This document shows, in pieces, positions 7,067 through 11,457 of a stretch of DNA of 11,457 nt (its first letter is position 1; every line of letters starts with the position of its first letter). The notes below the pieces were generated by a model that saw nothing but the letters and a program-made list of their open reading frames with translations, did no database searches and had not been told where the DNA came from. The position numbers were made by a program, and so were the translations under genes. Source of the stretch: an uncultured Deinococcales bacterium (GTDB taxonomy: Bacteria > Deinococcota > Deinococci > Deinococcales > JAAFIG01); assembly GCA_964244895.1 (NCBI GenBank), contig CAXTKV010000096.1, positions 1 through 11,457 on the forward strand, read 5' to 3'.

Positions 7067-8650
7067 ATGATCGACATTGAAAAATATAAGGCGCTCCGTG
7101 AAACTGGGAAAAATCCCACTGAGATTACTCAAATCGCCGAGCTAGACGGCCTAAACACCATCGAACGTATCAAAATGATTCGGGATATTTTTGATCTTTC
7201 GATCAAAGAAGCAAAAGAGATTATTGTTAATTCTGATTCTTCTGGTCGCTTTCAGGCCGCCCAAGATGCAATTATCGCGGCCTTTGAATTCGTTTCAAAA
7301 ACCTTTGAGCTGGAACAGAAAACTCGAGAGTTGATGGAGAAATACAAGATTCCAGGTCTCGCTATTGGCATTGTGAGCGATGGTGAGGAGTACACGTTTT
7401 GTGAAGGTGTGACGAGCGTAATGCATCCACTTCCGATCACTCCTGACACGCTTTTTCAGATCGGTTCGACCTCCAAGACGATCACGGGCACGATCATCAT
7501 GCGGCTGGTGCAGGACGGCAAGCTCGAGCTGGACGCGCCCATCAGAACGTACCTGCCCGACCTGAAACTCGCGGACGAGGACGTGGCGGCGAGGCTCACG
7601 CTGCGACACTGCCTGAACCACACGGGCGGTTGGGTCGGGGATTTCTTCGCGCCGTTCGGCGAGGGTGACGACGCGCTCAAACATTACGTGGCGGGCATTC
7701 ACACCATGCCGCAATTGACGCCTCTGGGGTCAATCTGGCATTACAACAACGCGGGTTTCGGCATCGCGGGCCGAGTGATCGAGGTCGTGACGGGCGAGAC
7801 GTATGAAGAGGCCGCGACGGACATGATCCTCGAGCCATTGGGCATGAACAAGTCCGTGTACTTCGCGGAGGACGCGATTCTGGAGCGTTCCGCCGTCGGG
7901 CATTACATGGACGATCAGGGTCAGGTACAACTCGCGCGCCCGTGGTCGTTGGGGCGGTCGCGCAACGCGATCGGCGGACTGAAATCGAGCGTGCTGGATC
8001 AGTTGAAGTACGCGCGTTTTCACCTCGGGGATGGTGCGCCGATCCTTTCGAGCGAGATGCTAAGCGCGATGCACGCGCCGACGATTGACGGCGCGCTGGG
8101 CAACCGTTTCGGCGTGACGTGGTTCGTGCGGGACGTGCCGGACGGTTCGGGCGGCGCGACTCGAGTGCTGTCTCACGGCGGCGCGACGAACGGGCAGATG
8201 AGCGCGTTTTTCATCGTGCCGGAGCGCAATTTTGGTTGCACGATCTTGACGAATGGCGAGAAAGGCGCGTTGTTGCACGGTGAGCTTTCGGGTTGGATTC
8301 AACAGGAATTTCTGGGATTGCAGGAACCCGCACCGCAGTTTCTCGAGCCGAGCGCCCAGGAACGCGAGGAACTGACGGGGCGCTACGTCGGGGCAGCATT
8401 CGGGACGGTGATTGAAATCAGCGTGCAGGACGGTGTTCTGGTGCGCCGAGTGATCCCAGGCGATACCTCGAGCGTCACCAGCACACCCGCGCCGCCACCG
8501 CCACCCGCGACTTGCGGTGCGCTAGATGGGGACGTGATTCAGGTGCTGGACACGGAATTGAAGGGCTTGAAGAACGAGTTCTTGCGCGATTCAAAAGGAT
8601 CAATCGTCTGGCTCAGGTCGGGCGGAAGGTTGTACGCGAGGCAAGCCTGA
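7067..8650 (+). CDS. Beta-lactamase-related (class C / AmpC-like) serine hydrolase with an extra N-terminal domain of about 85 aa
   Basis: GAGG then ATG 7067. FQIGSTSK (SxxK), WHYNN (YxN) and SHGG motifs. No signal peptide evident. The N-terminal part is about 41% GC. Confidence 0.88.
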   Translation: MIDIEKYKALRETGKNPTEITQIAELDGLNTIERIKMIRDIFDLSIKEAKEIIVNSDSSGRFQAAQDAIIAAFEFVSKTFELEQKTRELMEKYKIPGLAIGIVSDGEEYTFCEGVTSVMHPLPITPDTLFQIGSTSKTITGTIIMRLVQDGKLELDAPIRTYLPDLKLADEDVAARLTLRHCLNHTGGWVGDFFAPFGEGDDALKHYVAGIHTMPQLTPLGSIWHYNNAGFGIAGRVIEVVTGETYEEAATDMILEPLGMNKSVYFAEDAILERSAVGHYMDDQGQVQLARPWSLGRSRNAIGGLKSSVLDQLKYARFHLGDGAPILSSEMLSAMHAPTIDGALGNRFGVTWFVRDVPDGSGGATRVLSHGGATNGQMSAFFIVPERNFGCTILTNGEKGALLHGELSGWIQQEFLGLQEPAPQFLEPSAQEREELTGRYVGAAFGTVIEISVQDGVLVRRVIPGDTSSVTSTPAPPPPPATCGALDGDVIQVLDTELKGLKNEFLRDSKGSIVWLRSGGRLYARQA

Positions 8651-8658
8651 GCGTTAGA

Positions 8659-8716
8659 CTCGAGTAAACACCGTCCAGTACACGATCTCGAGAATGCGTG
8701 CTGAACGGTGTTCTTA
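8659..8716. repeat. CTCGAG-anchored palindrome, copy 6 (hydrolase/vapC, convergent gap)
   Basis: CTCGAG-TA-AACACCGT(8667-8674)-N30-ACGGTGTT(8705-8712)-CTTA. CTCGAG 8687-8692 sits on the dyad axis. The right end overlaps the vapC TAA. Confidence 0.92.
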
Positions 8717-9112
8717 TGCGAACCAGTTCTCGACCTTCAAACCGTCGACCCTCGAGAATTCCGCGACGTTGTTCGTGACCAAAGTGGCGTTCAAGGCCAG
8801 CACGTGCGCCGCGATCTGCAAGTCAAGCGGCCCGATCACGATGCCCGTTTGCTCGAGTTGGGCGCGCAGTTCGCCGTAACGGTGCGCGGCGTCCAGGCCA
8901 AAATCTACGATGGTCATCGGCTCGAGGAATTGCTCGAGGGCAGGTTGACTGCGCGATGACTTGCTTTTTTTCGCGCCGTAGCTGAGTTCCGCGACCACGA
9001 TGCTCGAGAGGCCGATGTCGTCCATGTCGTGCTCTGCGAAGCTCTCGGCGACATGCGGTGGGCGTTTGTTCATGATGTAAATGCAGATGTTCGTGTCCAG
9101 CATGAACTTCAC
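8714..9112 (-). CDS. vapC: VapC PIN-domain toxin
   Basis: MKFMLDTNICIY, SSIVVAEL, IGPLDLQIAAH and LVTNNVAEFSRV motifs. 132 aa, starting 2 bp after the vapB stop. Confidence 0.96.
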   Translation of the reverse strand: MKFMLDTNICIYIMNKRPPHVAESFAEHDMDDIGLSSIVVAELSYGAKKSKSSRSQPALEQFLEPMTIVDFGLDAAHRYGELRAQLEQTGIVIGPLDLQIAAHVLALNATLVTNNVAEFSRVDGLKVENWFA

Positions 9113-9114
9113 GT

Positions 9115-9357
9115 TCAGTCACCCCAGTCGCGCTCGTCGGATTTCTCGGGCTGGTTGCGTTCGATGGGTTCGTCGAGCACGGGCAGGCTGTCGTACCAGG
9201 TGCGCCAGAATTCGAGGCGCTGTTCTGGGCTTTTCGGGATCAGCAGCACGCCGTTGCCGACGCGCTTCACGTAGACTTCCGTGCCCTCGAATCGGTATTC
9301 TTTGGGCAAGCGCACGGCTTGGCTGCGGCCCGTCTGAAAAAGTTTTGCGGTGTCCAC
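9115..9357 (-). CDS. vapB: VapB antitoxin, AbrB/SpoVT (VagC-like) type
   Basis: AAAGGAG then GTG 9357. [21 protein letters not shown] motif with an acidic C-terminus. Confidence 0.93.
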   Translation of the reverse strand: MDTAKLFQTGRSQAVRLPKEYRFEGTEVYVKRVGNGVLLIPKSPEQRLEFWRTWYDSLPVLDEPIERNQPEKSDERDWGD

Positions 9358-9365
9358 GATCTCTC

Positions 9366-9396
9366 CTTTGGTAGCTATCAAAGAGTATATATCAAA
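9366..9396. promoter_or_regulatory. Putative vapBC operator/promoter
   Basis: Near-perfect palindrome CTTTGGTAGCTATCAAAG (9366-9383). Minus-strand TATACT -10 candidate at 9384-9389. TATCAAA is repeated at 9376 and 9390. Confidence 0.5.
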
Positions 9397-9409
9397 TCAG
9401 GAGGCACGT

Positions 9410-10789
9410 ATGGCGTTGCTGATCAAAAACGGCGAGATCATCACGGCGGATTCGCGTTACACGGCGGACATCTACGCCGAGGGCGACACCATCACCCGGA
9501 TCGGGCAGAACCTGGACGTTCCGATGGGCACGGAAGTCATCGACGCGAGCGGAAAGTACGTCTTTCCAGGCTTCATCGACCCGCACGTTCACATCTACTT
9601 GCCGTTCATGGCGACCTTCGCCAAGGACACGCACACCACGGGCAGTCAGGCCGCGCTGATCGGCGGCACGACCACCTACATCGAGATGTGCTGCCCGAAC
9701 CGCAACGACGACGCGCTGGAGGGCTACAACCACTGGAAATCCCTGGCAGACGGTCACAGCGCCTGCGATTACACGTTCCACATGTCGGTTACGAAGTTCG
9801 ACGACAAGACCGAAGCGCAACTGCGGGAAATCGTGGCGGACGGCATCTCGAGCTTCAAGATTTTCTTGTCGTACAAGAATTTCTTCGGCGTGGACGACAA
9901 CGAAATGTACCAGACGATGATGCTCGCCAAGGAACTGGGCGTGATCGTGACCGCGCACTGCGAGAACGCGGAACTGGTCGGGCAGTTGCAGCAGAAACTT
10001 TTATCCGAAGGCAAGACGGACTCGTCGTTCCACGAACCCAGCCGTCCCGAAACCGTCGAAACCGAGGGCACGCAGCGTTTTGCGACCTTCCTAGAAGCGA
10101 CGGGCGCGACCGGCTACATCGTGCATCTTTCCTGCGAACCCGCGCTCGAGCGGGCGATGGAGGCCAAATCGAAGGGCGTGCCGATCTACATCGAGAGCGT
10201 CATTCCACACTTCATGCTGGACAAGACTTACGCGGAGCGTCCCGGCGTGGAGGGCGCGAAGTACGTCATGAGCCCGCCGTTGCGCGACAAGCGCAACCAG
10301 AAACCCCTGTGGGACGCGCTGGCGGCGGGCTTCATCGATACGGTCGGCACGGATCACTGCCCGTTCGACGTGGCGCAGAAAGCCATGGGCAAGGACGCCT
10401 TCACCGCGATTCCGAACGGCATTCCGGCCATCGAGGATCGCATCAATCTGCTGTTCACCTACGGCGTCAGCCGGGGAAATCTGGACATTCACCGCTTCGT
10501 GGAGGCCGCCAGCACGAAAGCCGCAAAACTGTTCGGCTTGTTTCCGCGCAAGGGCACGATCGCGGTCGGGTCGGACGCGGATCTGGTGATTTACGATCCC
10601 AATTACCGCGGCGTGATCTCGAGCAAAACGCAGCGCGTCAACAACGATTACAACGGCTTCGAGGGCATGGAAATCGATGGCAAGCCCAGCGTCGTGACCG
10701 TGCGCGGTCAGGTCGCGGTGCAGGACGGAAAATTCGTGGGCGACCCGGCCAGAGGGCAGCTTTTACGTCGCGAGCCGCAGCATTTCTGA
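9410..10789 (+). CDS. hydA: Dihydropyrimidinase (D-hydantoinase)
   Basis: AGGAGG then ATG 9410. PGFIDPHVH, GGTTT, SSFKIF (carboxylated Lys), AHCEN, VHLS, MSPPLR, GTDHCPF and GSDADLVI motifs. Confidence 0.96.
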   Translation: MALLIKNGEIITADSRYTADIYAEGDTITRIGQNLDVPMGTEVIDASGKYVFPGFIDPHVHIYLPFMATFAKDTHTTGSQAALIGGTTTYIEMCCPNRNDDALEGYNHWKSLADGHSACDYTFHMSVTKFDDKTEAQLREIVADGISSFKIFLSYKNFFGVDDNEMYQTMMLAKELGVIVTAHCENAELVGQLQQKLLSEGKTDSSFHEPSRPETVETEGTQRFATFLEATGATGYIVHLSCEPALERAMEAKSKGVPIYIESVIPHFMLDKTYAERPGVEGAKYVMSPPLRDKRNQKPLWDALAAGFIDTVGTDHCPFDVAQKAMGKDAFTAIPNGIPAIEDRINLLFTYGVSRGNLDIHRFVEAASTKAAKLFGLFPRKGTIAVGSDADLVIYDPNYRGVISSKTQRVNNDYNGFEGMEIDGKPSVVTVRGQVAVQDGKFVGDPARGQLLRREPQHF

Positions 10790-10802
10790 ACGGAGATCAT
10801 TG

Positions 10803-11432
10803 ATGCCTGAATCCTCGAGCTACCTCGTGTTCGTGCTGGCCGCGCTCGCGCTGCTGTTGGTTCCTGGCCCGAGCGTCTTGTACATCGTCACGCGCAGCGT
10901 CTCTCAGGGGCGCGTGGCGGGCATCATCAGCGTGCTGGGCATCCAGTGCGGGGCGCTCGGGCACGTGGCGGCGGCGACGCTGGGATTGTCGGCCATTCTG
11001 CTCTCGAGCGCGCTGGCGTTCAACCTGGTCAAGTACGCGGGTGCGGCCTACCTGATTTACATGGGCGTGCAGCAGTGGCGCTCGAAGGCCAGACCTGAAC
11101 AGTTCGAGATGAAACCCGAAGCGCTTTCACGCGTGTTCTCGCAAGGTTTCGTGGTCAACCTGTTCAACCCGAAAACCGCGCTGTTCTTCCTGGCGTTTCT
11201 GCCGCAATTCGTGAACCCCGCCAGAGGTTCCGTGTCCGCGCAATTCCTGATTCTGGGCTTGACCTTCGTGGGTTTGGCGTCGGTCACCGACAGCCTGTAC
11301 GCGCTCCTCTCGAGCGCCATCGGTGGCTGGTTGAAAAGCAACGAGCGCTTCCAGCGTTCCCAGAAGTACGTCACGGGCGGCGTCTACGTGGGCTTGGGCG
11401 TGACGGCGGCGTTGACTGGAAGTCACAAGTAG
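10803..11432 (+). CDS. LysE/RhtB-family translocator
   Basis: GGAG then ATG 10803. PGP, G/AAYLIYMG and NPKTALFF motifs, hydrophobic helices, about 209 aa. Confidence 0.93.
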   Translation: MPESSSYLVFVLAALALLLVPGPSVLYIVTRSVSQGRVAGIISVLGIQCGALGHVAAATLGLSAILLSSALAFNLVKYAGAAYLIYMGVQQWRSKARPEQFEMKPEALSRVFSQGFVVNLFNPKTALFFLAFLPQFVNPARGSVSAQFLILGLTFVGLASVTDSLYALLSSAIGGWLKSNERFQRSQKYVTGGVYVGLGVTAALTGSHK

Positions 11433-11457
11433 TACAACTGGAAGTCACAAGTAGTAC
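11415..11457 (+). repeat. 22-bp tandem duplication covering the LysE stop codon, cut by the window end
   Basis: ACTGGAAGTCACAAGTAGTACA (11415-11436) is followed directly by ACTGGAAGTCACAAGTAGTAC (11437-11457). Confidence 0.9.

Noticed and set aside
7067..8650. Calling the hydrolase an antibiotic-resistance beta-lactamase
   Set aside because: The SxxK, YxN and HxG motifs are shared with esterases and peptidases of the family. There is no signal peptide and no KTG motif.
940..8716. Repeats as a CRISPR array
   Set aside because: The copies are 0.7-3 kb apart, separated by whole genes and degenerate, and no cas genes are present.
9319..10803. 494-aa alternative-frame ORF over hydA, and similar long ORFs at 2173-3039, 4201-5064 and 3339-3923
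   Set aside because: These are shadow ORFs of high-GC genes, with no recognisable motifs, overlapping well-supported CDSs.

Overview
GC-rich bacterial DNA, probably Deinococcota (inferred from three leaderless -10/N6/start genes, a Uma2 gene and heavy CTCGAG use). It carries a complete but dispersed reductive pyrimidine catabolism set: a divergent M20 beta-ureidopropionase-like amidohydrolase, preT-preA, and dihydropyrimidinase followed by a LysE/RhtB exporter. Accessory genes are interleaved: kptA/tpt1 plus a small Zn-ribbon gene, uma2, a beta-lactamase-family serine hydrolase with a low-GC N-terminal extra domain, and vapBC. A partial zapE lies at the left edge. The most unusual signal is non-coding. 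CTCGAG occurs about 56 times by hand count (about 4 expected) in all reading frames. Each of the six intergenic gaps longer than 60 bp holds one copy of a degenerate palindrome, AACACCGT-N30-ACGGTRTY, with exactly 30 nt between the arms in 5 of 6 copies. The copies rebuild into a perfect 58-bp palindrome with CTCGAG at both ends and on the dyad axis.
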